This document shows positions 20,144-30,511 of a stretch of DNA of 64,000 nt, in pieces. Location of the stretch: the NCBI GenBank assembly GCA_963816145.1, contig CAWFJP010000002.1, forward strand, positions 32,001-96,000, written 5' to 3'. The notes beneath the pieces were generated by a model that had not been told where the DNA came from, made no database searches, and was given only the letters and a program-made list of their open reading frames with translations. This stretch comes from an uncultured delta proteobacterium. Lineage in GTDB: Bacteria; Desulfobacterota; Binatia; UBA9968. Position numbers and translations under genes: made by a program. The stretch's first letter is position 1. The number at the start of each line of letters is the position of its first letter.

Positions 20144-21853
20144 ATGGTTCAGCAATCTGAGTCGCAATCGACGGGTTCGAGTCAGATCGGTAAGCGCCGT
20201 CGGGTGCTGATTGTCGGCGGTGTAGCAGGTGGCGCCTCCTGTGCGGCGCGACTGCGGCGGCTTGATGAATCCTTTGAAATTGTCATGTTCGATCGCGGCC
20301 CGTACGTTTCGTTCGCAAACTGCGGACTGCCGTACTACGTCGGCAATGTCATTGCTGATGAAAGCCGGCTCCTGGTGGCCTCGCGAGAAATGTTTCACGA
20401 GCGGTTCAATATCGAGGTACACACCGAAACCGAAGTAACTGGCATCGATCGCAACGCTTGCATGATCACGGCGCGCGATCTCCGTACAGCCAACACTCGC
20501 ACGGAGCATTACGATGCGCTTGTCTTGTCGCCCGGCGCAGCGCCGATTCGACCGCTGCTGCCCGGCGTGGACTTGCCCGGCATTTTCGCCGTACGCACGA
20601 TCCCGGACTCCCGCCGCATCCGTTCATGGATCGACGACCACAATGCCAAAACGGCGGTCGTCGTCGGTGGCGGTTTTATCGGTCTGGAGATGGTCGAGAA
20701 CTTGATCCATCGCGAGTTGGCGGTCACGGTGTTGGAGAAGTTGCCTCAAGTCATGCCACCGCTTGACCCGGAGATGGCGGTGCCGTTGATGGAACATCTC
20801 GCTGCGAAAGGCATACAGCTCCATTTGGGCGACGGCCTGGCGCGCATCGAAGCGCGCGACGGCGGCGGCTTGATCGTCGTAGCGGAGAGTGGTGCGCGCT
20901 TGCCTGCCGATCTCGTCATCCTGGCGATCGGGGTGAAACCAGAAATTATGTTGGCTAAAGATGCCGGGCTGGAAATCGGTCCGCGCGGCGGCGTGAACGT
21001 CGACGCGCAGATGCGCACTTCCGATCCGAAAATCTGGGCCGTCGGCGACGTCGTTGAAGTGCAAGATCTTGTCACTGGTCAAGAAACGGTGCTACCTCTC
21101 GCCGGTCCGGCGAACCGGCAAGGACGAGTTGCCGCCGAGTCTATCGCCGGGCGGGTAACCCATTTCCGCGGCGTGCAGGCAACCGCGGTGGTTGGAGTGT
21201 TGGGCTTGACGGTCGCATCGACCGGCGCCAGCGAAAAAGGACTGCGGCGCGCCGGCGTCACGAACTTCGAGAAGGTCTATCTTCACCCGGGTCATCACGC
21301 CGGCTACTATCCCGGCGCACGCCAGATTCATCTTAAACTTCTGTTCTCGGTGCCCGACGGTCGCATTCTCGGCGCGCAAGCAGTCGGTTATGAAGGCGTC
21401 GAGAAGCGCATCGATGTAATCGCTAGTGCGATTCAATTCAAAGGGACGGTGCACGATCTTGCTGAGGCCGAGCTGTGTTACGCGCCGCAGTTTGGCGCGG
21501 CAAAGGACCCGGTTAACCTCGCCGGCATGCTTGCTGAGAACGTTCTGAATGGCGACATGCCCGTGGCGGATTGGCTCGAACTTGACCGTACCGACGCATT
21601 GCTGCTCGACGTGCGCGAACCCGAGGAGTTCGCCCATGGGCACATACCCAAGGCAATCAATCTGCCGCTCTCACAGTTGCGCTCGCGTTACGTCGAGCTG
21701 CCAAAAGATCGCGATATCTGGGTGTGCTGCGCCGTTGGACAGCGCGCCTATTTCGCTGCGCGATTCCTGACGCAGCAGGGTTATCGATCGCTGAATCTCT
21801 CGGGAGGTTATACTACCTACGGCGCGCTGACGGCCGCCGGCCTTGCGCGGTGA
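20144..21853 (+). CDS. CoA-disulfide/persulfide reductase with C-terminal rhodanese domain (CoADR-RHD)
   Basis: GGVAGG, SFANCGLPY (redox Cys), GGGFIGLE, AVGD, CYAPQFG, and rhodanese LLDVREPEE..CAVGQR. Confidence 0.92.
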   Translation: MVQQSESQSTGSSQIGKRRRVLIVGGVAGGASCAARLRRLDESFEIVMFDRGPYVSFANCGLPYYVGNVIADESRLLVASREMFHERFNIEVHTETEVTGIDRNACMITARDLRTANTRTEHYDALVLSPGAAPIRPLLPGVDLPGIFAVRTIPDSRRIRSWIDDHNAKTAVVVGGGFIGLEMVENLIHRELAVTVLEKLPQVMPPLDPEMAVPLMEHLAAKGIQLHLGDGLARIEARDGGGLIVVAESGARLPADLVILAIGVKPEIMLAKDAGLEIGPRGGVNVDAQMRTSDPKIWAVGDVVEVQDLVTGQETVLPLAGPANRQGRVAAESIAGRVTHFRGVQATAVVGVLGLTVASTGASEKGLRRAGVTNFEKVYLHPGHHAGYYPGARQIHLKLLFSVPDGRILGAQAVGYEGVEKRIDVIASAIQFKGTVHDLAEAELCYAPQFGAAKDPVNLAGMLAENVLNGDMPVADWLELDRTDALLLDVREPEEFAHGHIPKAINLPLSQLRSRYVELPKDRDIWVCCAVGQRAYFAARFLTQQGYRSLNLSGGYTTYGALTAAGLAR

Positions 21854-21919
21854 CAGCTGAGGCCAACTCCGGCGAAGGTAGAATTCCGTTCTCATCGCGG
21901 TCAATAAAATGTTTGCGCT

Positions 21920-24715
21920 ATGATACTTCGCTCGTTGACGATCAAAATTCGGGAGTTTTTCGATGTCCGCCCCGGTGAGATCCGGCGGATCGGTTTCATG
22001 GCGGCTTTTCTGTTTTTCTTGCTCGCCGCCAATAACGTCATCAAGGTTGTCAGGGATGCGCTTTTTCTCAGTCGCTTTCCGATAACTCAACTGCCTTATG
22101 TTTATCTCCTCGCGGCATTGCTCGCCGGCGTCGTCATCGGCGTCTATTCCCGTTATACGGCGAAGCTTTCACTTGCGCGGCTCATTCTCGGGTCGCTCGC
22201 CTTCGTGATATCCAACGTTATCTTGTTCTGGCTAGCGATCACCCTTTCTGACGCCGGCTGGGTGCTTTACGCTTATTATATGTGGTCGGCAATTGGTTGT
22301 CTTATTTTGGTAGCGCAATTTTGGATGTTGGCCAACGGAATGTTCAACCCGCGCGACGGTAAACGCCTTTTCGGCATGATCACGGCCGGTGGGACCCTGG
22401 GCGCGATGGCGGGCGGGTTTGCGGCGAATTGGGCGGTGAGTTTTCTTTTTGGCACGCGACAGCTCCTCTGGCTCGTGGTCGCACTGCTAGCCGGCGCTTT
22501 CGTTACGGCCGGTTTAGCTCTGAGAGAGCGAGACCGGTTGTTCGCTGTCAATCGCCGGGAAAATGACGCGGTCCACGAAACGGTGCCGCCGAACGCGCCG
22601 GGCATCTTGCAGGAAATCCTCGGCACGGGCTACCTGCGCACCATCGCCGGGGTGATTTTCGTTTCGGTGGTGGTTTCGACCTTGATCGACTATCAGTTTA
22701 AAGCCGCGGCGAAATTCGCCTATCCGTCCGCAGATGGGCTGGCGGGTTTTTTCGGCTCATACTACGCGTGGTTGAGCGCCGTTACCATGGTCGGGCAGGT
22801 CTGGCTCACCGGGAAGGTTCTGACGGGGTTGGGCTTAGGCACAAGTCTGCTCTTTCTTCCCTCCACGCTGCTGGCGGGATTGCTGAGCATGCTGGCATGG
22901 CCGGGTTTGACGGCAGCCACCGCGACCCGGCTGGCCGAGGCGTCTCTGCGCACCAGTATTAATCAGAGCGGCGTGCAGATCCTGTATCTGCCGATCCCCG
23001 ACGCGATTAAAGACAAGGTTAAAGTTTTCCTCGACGTGACCGTCGAGCGGTTGGCGGACGCAATGGCCGCGGTGATCATTCTCCTATGTTCGTTCGCCCT
23101 GGCGGGGGATCCGGTTAGGTTCGTCGGTTATTGTGCCATCGCTCTCGTGGTCATCTGGTTCGCCGTGGTTTCCCGCGCGCACGCCGGTTACGTTGACGCC
23201 CTGCGCCGCAGTTTGACGTATCACGAAGTATCCCTTGAGACCGCGAGGATCGATTTTGCGGATGAGGGGACAATCGATACCGTGCTGGCTACTTTGGACC
23301 AACAAGATGAGCCATCGATTCTTTTCACGTTGGACCTTGCGGAGAAGTTCGAGCCGCGGAGCCTGGTGGCGCATTTGCCGCGCGAGCTGCTGCGCCATCC
23401 CTCAGCCGAAGTGCGCCGGCGCGCTCTATCGCTGGTGGCCGCTTCCCTTGAGCCCAACGCCTTGGCGGCGGTATTCGAATTACTCACGTCGGAGAGCGCT
23501 CAAGTGCGTTCGGAAGCGATTTCGACGCTCGCCGCCATGCTGGAGACTGGCGCGGCTCCATTCCTTCGGCCGCTGTTGCAAAGTCCGCAAGCGCAAACGC
23601 GCCGCGCCGCGATCCAATTGCTGCTGCGCAGCGGCGATGAGGCGGCGCGCCAAGAGGCGTTAGCGGCGTTTCGCGGTATGGTCGAGGCGCGCGGCTCCGA
23701 CTGGGAAAAAACCCGCGTCGAAGCGGCTCGTCTGATGGGGGAGTCGGTGGAGCCTGAGTTCTCCAGCTATCTCAGCCAACTGATCAGGATGGATGAGTCT
23801 CCGGCGGTGGTCCGCGAGGCGCTGACATCTGCGGCTAAAGGTAAATATCCCGGATTGGTTGCCGAAACGATCGCTCAGTTGGGCAATCACGCGGTCAGGG
23901 CCGCGGCGCGCGAGGCCTTAGCCGATTATGGCGATATGGCAGTAATGGAATTGAGAAACTCGCTGTTCGACAACCGCATGGCCCGCGACCTCCGCCTCGA
24001 TATTCCTCGGACTCTCAGTAAAATCCATTCACAGTCGGCGATGAACGCCGTCTTGGCTGGACTGCGTGAGGAGGACCGTTCTCTCCGTTTCCAGTCGATT
24101 CTTGCTCTGGAAGAGATGGCCCGCCGCTTCCCCAATCTCCGGGTCGACCGCGAGATCATCGAAAGCGCTATCGTCTCGGACGCGATGCTTTATGCTCAAA
24201 GGTTCGCGATTTTCTATGTTCTTTTTACTGATCGCCAGCAAGCATCGGTCAAGAGCCCATCGCTCTTGCGCCAAGCGATTCTGGAGAGTATGGAGCGCGT
24301 GAGAGAGCGGACAATTTGGCTGCTGTCTCTTATCTATCCAGCCAAAGATATTCGGGGGATTTGGGCTGCTCTCAATTCTGGAGATTCAGCTAAGCAAGCT
24401 TACGCTGTCGAGCTTCTCGATAATTTGCTGACAGGGGAAGTAAAGCGATATATCTTCCCCTTTTATGGCGATACACTTGAACCTGAGCGCTTCAAATTGT
24501 CTCTCGGATTCCTCGGCTGGGCCAGTCTCGATGCCGCGACTGCACTCCGGATGCTTTTTGAGCAACAGGATACTTGGCTGACGGCAGCAACCCTGTGGGA
24601 AATTGGCATCCGAGGACTGCCGGGGTTTGATGACAATATCGCGAAGTATTTGAATTCCGAAAATGATGTGTTGCGTGAAACGGCGCAGCTAGTGACGCAC
24701 CGGAGCCGGAATTGA
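21920..24715 (+). CDS. NTT/TLC (ADP/ATP carrier-like) transporter fused to HEAT repeats
   Basis: About 12 TMs with VRDALFL, QFWMLAN..RDGKRLFG, TLIDYQF and LYLPIP..KVKVFLD, then about 500 aa of HEAT-like repeats. Confidence 0.85.
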   Translation: MILRSLTIKIREFFDVRPGEIRRIGFMAAFLFFLLAANNVIKVVRDALFLSRFPITQLPYVYLLAALLAGVVIGVYSRYTAKLSLARLILGSLAFVISNVILFWLAITLSDAGWVLYAYYMWSAIGCLILVAQFWMLANGMFNPRDGKRLFGMITAGGTLGAMAGGFAANWAVSFLFGTRQLLWLVVALLAGAFVTAGLALRERDRLFAVNRRENDAVHETVPPNAPGILQEILGTGYLRTIAGVIFVSVVVSTLIDYQFKAAAKFAYPSADGLAGFFGSYYAWLSAVTMVGQVWLTGKVLTGLGLGTSLLFLPSTLLAGLLSMLAWPGLTAATATRLAEASLRTSINQSGVQILYLPIPDAIKDKVKVFLDVTVERLADAMAAVIILLCSFALAGDPVRFVGYCAIALVVIWFAVVSRAHAGYVDALRRSLTYHEVSLETARIDFADEGTIDTVLATLDQQDEPSILFTLDLAEKFEPRSLVAHLPRELLRHPSAEVRRRALSLVAASLEPNALAAVFELLTSESAQVRSEAISTLAAMLETGAAPFLRPLLQSPQAQTRRAAIQLLLRSGDEAARQEALAAFRGMVEARGSDWEKTRVEAARLMGESVEPEFSSYLSQLIRMDESPAVVREALTSAAKGKYPGLVAETIAQLGNHAVRAAAREALADYGDMAVMELRNSLFDNRMARDLRLDIPRTLSKIHSQSAMNAVLAGLREEDRSLRFQSILALEEMARRFPNLRVDREIIESAIVSDAMLYAQRFAIFYVLFTDRQQASVKSPSLLRQAILESMERVRERTIWLLSLIYPAKDIRGIWAALNSGDSAKQAYAVELLDNLLTGEVKRYIFPFYGDTLEPERFKLSLGFLGWASLDAATALRMLFEQQDTWLTAATLWEIGIRGLPGFDDNIAKYLNSENDVLRETAQLVTHRSRN

Positions 24716-25140
24716 TGATGGAAGAAAAAAGGCTTGCCGCAATAGAGAAAGTCATTTTCCTCAAATCCGTGGATATTTTCAGTCACGCCACCATAGAGGA
24801 ACTCGGCCGGGTCGCTGCTCTAACCGAGGAGGTCCGTTTCGAGGCGGGGGAGACGATCTTCCGTAAGGGCGAGCCAACTGATGCGATCTATTTCATATTG
24901 GCGGGCCGCGTGGCGATCGAAGGTAGCAGGCGGGAGGTTCGAGAGGCAAGGGAAAAACAAGCTTTTGGGACCGTGGCGGCTCTTGATCGCAAGCCGGCTC
25001 TTCATACGGTAACGGCTATGGACGCCGTCCACGCCCTCAAACTCAACGCTCAGGACTTCGATGACATCCTTTCGGTTGATTTCGAGCTGGTACATGTCGT
25101 TATTCACGCGCTTTGCCAAATGATCCGCGACGCAGAGTGA
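24715..25140 (+). CDS. Cyclic nucleotide-binding domain protein
   Basis: IEKVIFLKSVDIFS..GETIFRKGE..YFILAGRV..FG. Overlaps the NTT-HEAT stop codon. Confidence 0.85.
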   Translation: MMEEKRLAAIEKVIFLKSVDIFSHATIEELGRVAALTEEVRFEAGETIFRKGEPTDAIYFILAGRVAIEGSRREVREAREKQAFGTVAALDRKPALHTVTAMDAVHALKLNAQDFDDILSVDFELVHVVIHALCQMIRDAE

Positions 25141-25311
25141 TGGTCGGTGCCCGTTCGGTGCAATGAGAGAGAGCCTATCTATAATTCGTAATAGCCGTGG
25201 AAAACAAGCTGCACTTCTTCAGTTATTCTCAATGTTGCTATTCTGAAGCGGTTTCTTCTCAACCTTGAGAAGGTCGGCTCCACGGATCGAATTAAATTCG
25301 GCAAAATCTGC

Positions 25312-25326
25312 TGGCACATGCCTTGC
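25312..25326 (+). promoter_or_regulatory. sigma54 -24/-12 promoter
   Basis: TGGCACATGCCTTGC, near-perfect consensus. Confidence 0.7.
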
Positions 25327-25419
25327 GCATATCTCGGTCAAGAGACGGGACACACAAATATGGAGCGAATGCGCCCGACGAACACTCAGAGACCATATTT
25401 TCGTAGCCGGAGGATAAAA

Positions 25420-25827
25420 ATGAAGAGGAATATTTTTCGACAAATCGCGCCGGCCCTGATTATCGGCTTTGCTCTCATGCTGTTCGTCCGGTCGGATCAC
25501 ACCTGGGCACAAGCTAAGCAGCCTCAGCTTCGTCAAAGCGTGGAACTAAAGTTTGAGGAGTACCGAACGGCTATTAGAGACGCTTATCAGGTAGACATTA
25601 AGAACTACAAAGACAAGATGCCAGGAGGTCATGCGGACGGAAAAGCGGTCATCAACTATGATTTGAAACAACTACTCCTAGGAATAAATTTCGAGCGGGA
25701 CCATACCAAGGATAACATGCTGGCGCTTGAATTGGCGATGGATCATCTTGAACGCATTGCCGATTATTATACGCGACTTGAAAGGATGTATTGGGACTGC
25801 AAGGCCGAAGAGCTTAGGAATATGTGA
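25420..25827 (+). CDS. Exported protein with DUF5661-like domain
   Basis: Signal peptide, then GGHADGK..YDLKQLLLGINFERDHT..ALELAMDHLERIADYYTRL. Confidence 0.6.
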   Translation: MKRNIFRQIAPALIIGFALMLFVRSDHTWAQAKQPQLRQSVELKFEEYRTAIRDAYQVDIKNYKDKMPGGHADGKAVINYDLKQLLLGINFERDHTKDNMLALELAMDHLERIADYYTRLERMYWDCKAEELRNM

Positions 25828-25870
25828 ACCATACGGCGCAAGTGTTGCTCCACTACGCAGTGGCAATATT

Positions 25871-26497
25871 GTGAACATAAAAAGCTTATTTTGGGGGCTA
25901 ACGTCGATCATTCTTTTGTTCTCTGCTTGCGCGGCAGGGACCAAGGTCCAGCAAGGCCGTATGGCTCTGCTGTACGGTGATCCCAATGCGGCAATCGCGT
26001 CATTTCAACGCGCGGCTGAATTAGACTCAAACCATTTGTACTTCAGCGTACTTCCTCAAGGAACCTGGACCTACCTCGGACGGGCTTACTACATCGCTGG
26101 AAAGTATCCGGAGGCTCGCCAAGCTCTGGAACGAGCGATCTCGCTTCACAACGACGACAACATGGCGAAGCTCTACTTGGGCCTCACCTTGACGCGGAGT
26201 GAAGATCGTCAGAGGGGGCTGAAGGAAATCGAGAGTGGTCTGAGAGGGCTGCACGACTGGCTCGACTATGTTAACCAATACGCCGCATACTCGTACGGAC
26301 AGTACTGGGACCCCTCAAGAGAAATCCGCACGGAAATCCAAAACACCCTTGCCATGATTTCAGGAAAAGACATCGACAGGCAGAAGCTTATTGCCAGCGC
26401 GGAGTGGGTAGGTAGGAAAATGGAAGAGGAGATCGACATCGCCCGGCGGCAGGAGGCGCGAGATCGATACAGGGGCGACGATAGGAGCGGCGATTAG
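25871..26497 (+). CDS. TPR lipoprotein
   Basis: Lipobox LFSA-C and TPR motif WTYLGRAYY..GKYPEARQALERA. Confidence 0.75.
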   Translation: MNIKSLFWGLTSIILLFSACAAGTKVQQGRMALLYGDPNAAIASFQRAAELDSNHLYFSVLPQGTWTYLGRAYYIAGKYPEARQALERAISLHNDDNMAKLYLGLTLTRSEDRQRGLKEIESGLRGLHDWLDYVNQYAAYSYGQYWDPSREIRTEIQNTLAMISGKDIDRQKLIASAEWVGRKMEEEIDIARRQEARDRYRGDDRSGD

Positions 26498-26882
26498 CAA
26501 GGGCGAGCACCTTCGACGGACATGGATTTCGGCTTGGAGACGCTGAGGAGATTGAAGCAGTATGAGCCTGATCCTCGTAAAAAGTTTGAGTAACACATAC
26601 GCAACCGACAGCGTAGAAGTCAAACTTTCACTCCCACTATTAAGTTGCAGGATGGCAGTCTTGTCATAATTCTGGAGCTGGCCGACATTGCCGTAACCAA
26701 TCTCGATCTTCGGTTTCGGATACAGTTCCTCATTGGCGGGCGAGGAACAGAGTATGGTGAAAAGCAGAACAACAATCGTGTTGAGTTTCGTCTTCGGTAT
26801 TATTTCAGCCTGGACTCTATTTTGGACTCCATTTTCTGACGGATGATAGTTTTATTCAGTCCTGTGGAGTGAGCCGGATGCA

Positions 26883-28055
26883 ATGATCGGCCACGAACGC
26901 AGTCGCCAACTTCCTTCGCTATCCAGCCTCTTCCTGTCTTTTTTAAAATTAGGCGCGACTGCCTTTGGCGGATCTGCGATGATTCCATACATGGACAAAA
27001 TGGCTGTCGAGCAACGTCAGTGGCTCGAACCGAAAACGTTTCGTGATGGCGTCGCTCTCTGCCAAACGATACCTGGAGCAACGGCGATGCAAACCGCCGC
27101 TTACGTCGGCTTCAGGGCGAGAGGCGTAGCCGGCGCTGCGGTGAGTTTTATTGGGTTTGGCCTTCCGGCTTTTTTTCTTATGGTTGGGCTTACAGCCATC
27201 TATGTCCGCTCCGCTTCGCTTCCACCGGTAGCTGCGGTGTTCCACGGTCTTCAGGCGATCGTTGTGGCGATTGTTGCGAACGCAACGGTATCCTTCGGCA
27301 AAACGTCCTTGAAGGGTCTACGGGACGTAGTTATCGCCGCGATCGCAGCCGCTTTACTTGCAACGGGAATAAGTCCAATTGTGGTGATCGTGTTGGCTGC
27401 TCTTTTAGGGCTTACACTTTACAAAACAACTTGTCTCTCGGGTCTTAGCGTTAGCTCCGTTCCGCAATCGTCCACCGCGATACCTGTTTTGACCATCGCG
27501 TCAGTCGCGGCTTTGGCGTTGGTTCTGCTATTTTTATTCGAGCGGAAGTTATTCGATCTTGCTGCCATCATGTTCAGGATCGATCTTTTTGCTTTTGGCG
27601 GTGGCTTAGGGTCTGTGCCTCTTATGTTCCACGAGATTGTCGAAGTGCGCTCGTGGATGGACGCACAAACATTCCTAAACGGAATCGCCCTGGGTCAAAT
27701 TACTCCTGGGCCGATCGTAATCACGGCAACGTTCGTGGGTTATATCGTTTACGGCCTGCTCGGTGCAATTGTCGCTACGGTAAGCGTGTTTTTGCCGTCA
27801 TTCATGATCGTCGTCGGAGTTGTTCCGTATTTCGACAGGTTCCGAAACTCGATCTACTTTACCAGAGCTATCCAAGCTATCTTGGGTTCTTTTGTCGGGC
27901 TTCTACTTACCGTGACTCTTAGGTTCGCGTCTAATATTCGGTGGGATGTTCCGGGCGTTTCACTTGCCGCTGCCGCCTTTGTCGCCTTGCTTTTTAAAGT
28001 CGAAATTATCTGGATTGTTTTGTTGGGAGCCGTGATTTCGCTCTCGTTGTTGTAG
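26883..28055 (+). CDS. chrA: Chromate efflux transporter (long-chain CHR)
   Basis: Two CHR domains: FLKLGATAFGG..CQTIPG and LFAFGGG..GQITPGP..FLPSF. Confidence 0.9.
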   Translation: MIGHERSRQLPSLSSLFLSFLKLGATAFGGSAMIPYMDKMAVEQRQWLEPKTFRDGVALCQTIPGATAMQTAAYVGFRARGVAGAAVSFIGFGLPAFFLMVGLTAIYVRSASLPPVAAVFHGLQAIVVAIVANATVSFGKTSLKGLRDVVIAAIAAALLATGISPIVVIVLAALLGLTLYKTTCLSGLSVSSVPQSSTAIPVLTIASVAALALVLLFLFERKLFDLAAIMFRIDLFAFGGGLGSVPLMFHEIVEVRSWMDAQTFLNGIALGQITPGPIVITATFVGYIVYGLLGAIVATVSVFLPSFMIVVGVVPYFDRFRNSIYFTRAIQAILGSFVGLLLTVTLRFASNIRWDVPGVSLAAAAFVALLFKVEIIWIVLLGAVISLSLL

Positions 28056-28084
28056 CTTGCCGTTTACATCGGTACGATCGCGCT

Positions 28085-29413
28085 ATGGACTATCCCGTCT
28101 GGTATGTGCCCTATTTGACAGCGCCGCTGTTGATTCCGTTGATCGCGGTGCCGCATGTCATCGTCGCTCAGTTCGCCGTCGGCGGTGGCATTTTGCTGGC
28201 GGATCTGACACGGCGGGCCTATGGCGGAAATCATGTCGCGATTCTCGATTATTTGCGGCGGCTGACGCGTGTCTTTGTTCTGATCACGGTGGTTTTCGGC
28301 GCCGTTACCGGCGCCGGCATCTGGTGGACCATAGGACTGACGAGTCCGGAAACCACCAGTGCGCTCATCCATATTTTTGTCTTCGGTTGGGCCGCCGAGT
28401 GGGCGGTTTTCGTTCTCGAGATCGCCGCGGCTTTCGTCTTTTATTATTTCTGGGGCCGGCTTGCGCCGCGCGATCACATCTTGGTTGGGTGGATCTACGG
28501 CATCGCGGCATGGGTGAGCTTGGTGTTGATTACCGGCATCACCGCTTTCATGTTAACCACGGGCGACTGGTCGCCGGACAGAAACTTTTTTACGGCGTTC
28601 TTCAATCCATCTTTCTTGCCGCAGGTGCTGTTGCGCAGCGGCGGTTCGATCGCCATCGCGGCGCTGGGCATCACGGTACATCTCTCATTTCAGACGGACG
28701 CCGCGCTATCGAAGGATATGATCGTTCGCTGGATGTCACGCTGGGCGCTCGCGGGCATCGTGTTCATCTTCGCGGGCGGTCTGTGGTACCTATTCGTCAT
28801 GCCGGACCATGCCCAATTGAATCTCATGCGCGCGCCGATCTTATTGGGCATGACGGTGGTTAACCTGCTGGTCACCCTGCTTGTCATGGTTGCGCTGGCG
28901 TGGGGACATTTTGCCGGTTCGCGTTGGATCACGCCGCCGGCGGCGATTCTGCTGCTTGTCGCGGGAGCGGCCGCGATCACGACGGGCGAGTTCGTGCGCG
29001 AAGGCACGCGCAAGCCGTACCGCATCGACAAATATATTTTTGCCCCGGGGGTGCGCTCAAGCGAGGTAAAAGATTTTCAGCGCAACGGCCTCATCCGTCA
29101 CGCCCCTTGGTTGCAGTACTATCTCGACCGGAAATTCCCGGTCGATGTTTCATTGCATGGGCAGACGCTGTCGCCGGATGACAAAGCGGAAGTCGGCAAG
29201 GCGTTGTTCCGCTATCACTGTTCGGCCTGTCACGCCGAATGGGGTTACAACGGTATGGTGCCGATCTTGCGCCCGTGGACGCCCGATCTCATCCGCGACA
29301 CCACGCGCAATCTGCACCGCGCCAACCCGGCGATGCCGCCATGGATGGGCAACGAGGTGGAACGCGACGCGCTTGCCGTCTATCTCGCGCGCTTGAGCCA
29401 GGAGAAACCCTAG
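28085..29413 (+). CDS. Cytochrome bd subunit I-like membrane protein with C-terminal heme c domain
   Basis: HVIVAQFAVGGG, FGAVTGAGIW, FGWAAEW, ITAFM, EFVREGTRKPY; C-terminal CSACH and AMPPW. Confidence 0.75.
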   Translation: MDYPVWYVPYLTAPLLIPLIAVPHVIVAQFAVGGGILLADLTRRAYGGNHVAILDYLRRLTRVFVLITVVFGAVTGAGIWWTIGLTSPETTSALIHIFVFGWAAEWAVFVLEIAAAFVFYYFWGRLAPRDHILVGWIYGIAAWVSLVLITGITAFMLTTGDWSPDRNFFTAFFNPSFLPQVLLRSGGSIAIAALGITVHLSFQTDAALSKDMIVRWMSRWALAGIVFIFAGGLWYLFVMPDHAQLNLMRAPILLGMTVVNLLVTLLVMVALAWGHFAGSRWITPPAAILLLVAGAAAITTGEFVREGTRKPYRIDKYIFAPGVRSSEVKDFQRNGLIRHAPWLQYYLDRKFPVDVSLHGQTLSPDDKAEVGKALFRYHCSACHAEWGYNGMVPILRPWTPDLIRDTTRNLHRANPAMPPWMGNEVERDALAVYLARLSQEKP

Positions 29414-29415
29414 TT

Positions 29416-30483
29416 ATGGTCGATCAACTCTTACGCGCTGATCCGCTCGGCCTACCGGTGCCGCCATCCTGGTTGTTTGGACTGAAGGTGTTCGGCTTTA
29501 TCCTGCACATGATTTTCATGAATCTCTGGCTTGCCGGCATGCCGACGGCGTTGTTGCTGCGCAACTCCCAAGCGTCAGTAGCCGATCGCTTGTTCAAAGC
29601 GATGCCATTCTTCATGGCCTTCGGTATCAACGCCGGGATCGTGCCGCTGCTCTTTCTCCAAGTGCTCTATCCGCAGTTCTTCTACCCCGCGACGATTTTG
29701 CAAGCGTGGTTCTGGTTTCTGATCATTCCATTGTTGATCGTCGCTTACTACGCCGTATATTTTGCCGCGTTCGGGCGTTATCGGGTGCTCGCCGCAACCG
29801 TTGCGTCGCTCCTGCTCGCTTGGATCGGCGTCACTTTTTCGGCGGCGATGACTCTCACGGCCGCGCCGCAAAGTTGGCCGGCAATCTTTATGGCGAACGC
29901 CGAGGCGGGCTCGGTGCATGGTTTTGCGCTGTACCTCAATGAAGAGGCGTTGCTGCGATTTTTCATCATGGCAGGAATTTCCTGTGGCACATTGGCGGCG
30001 TTTCTGGCACTCGACGCGGAATTCATGACTGCCAAGCGGGAATATCGTCGGGCGGCGCGGCGGCTGGTTGCGCCGCTCTACGTCGTTGGATTTATCGTTT
30101 TTGGACTCGCCGGCCTTCTATACGAGCCAACGGTTCGAGATCGACTGCCGGAGTTGTTGCGTCTGGTTACCGGCGCTGCCATGCCGCTTGGTGCTATCTT
30201 GTCGATCTTTTATTTAAAGCGACCGTCGCGTGCCGTGGCTGGATCGCTCGTCGCAGTCCATGCCTTCGCGCTCATTTCTAACGCTTCGGCGCGTCAGATT
30301 GTCCAGTTTCGCTCGCTTGATAAATGGGCAAAGCTCGACAAGATGCCGGTTCGCGGCGATTGGGATAGTTTCTTTCTGTTTATTATCGTGTTGCTCGTGG
30401 TCCTAGTCTGTTTGGCTTGGCTCGCTCGTGTCGCCGTCCGGGCGGCGCGTCACCGGGGTGAACCTGAAATTGCCGAGCGCTAA
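29416..30483 (+). CDS. Multi-TM partner subunit of the cytochrome bd-like complex
   Basis: FILHMIFMN, GINAGIVPLLFLQVLY and about 10 TMs. Starts 2 nt after the previous stop. Confidence 0.7.
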   Translation: MVDQLLRADPLGLPVPPSWLFGLKVFGFILHMIFMNLWLAGMPTALLLRNSQASVADRLFKAMPFFMAFGINAGIVPLLFLQVLYPQFFYPATILQAWFWFLIIPLLIVAYYAVYFAAFGRYRVLAATVASLLLAWIGVTFSAAMTLTAAPQSWPAIFMANAEAGSVHGFALYLNEEALLRFFIMAGISCGTLAAFLALDAEFMTAKREYRRAARRLVAPLYVVGFIVFGLAGLLYEPTVRDRLPELLRLVTGAAMPLGAILSIFYLKRPSRAVAGSLVAVHAFALISNASARQIVQFRSLDKWAKLDKMPVRGDWDSFFLFIIVLLVVLVCLAWLARVAVRAARHRGEPEIAER

Positions 30484-30511
30484 GTCGTTGCTGGCACTAG
30501 AGGGATTCCAA

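Noticed and set aside
26360-26792. Open minus-strand frame with a signal-like segment (TKLNTIVVLLFTILCSS)
   Set aside because: No proper start codon or recognisable domain. At most an unidentifiable remnant.
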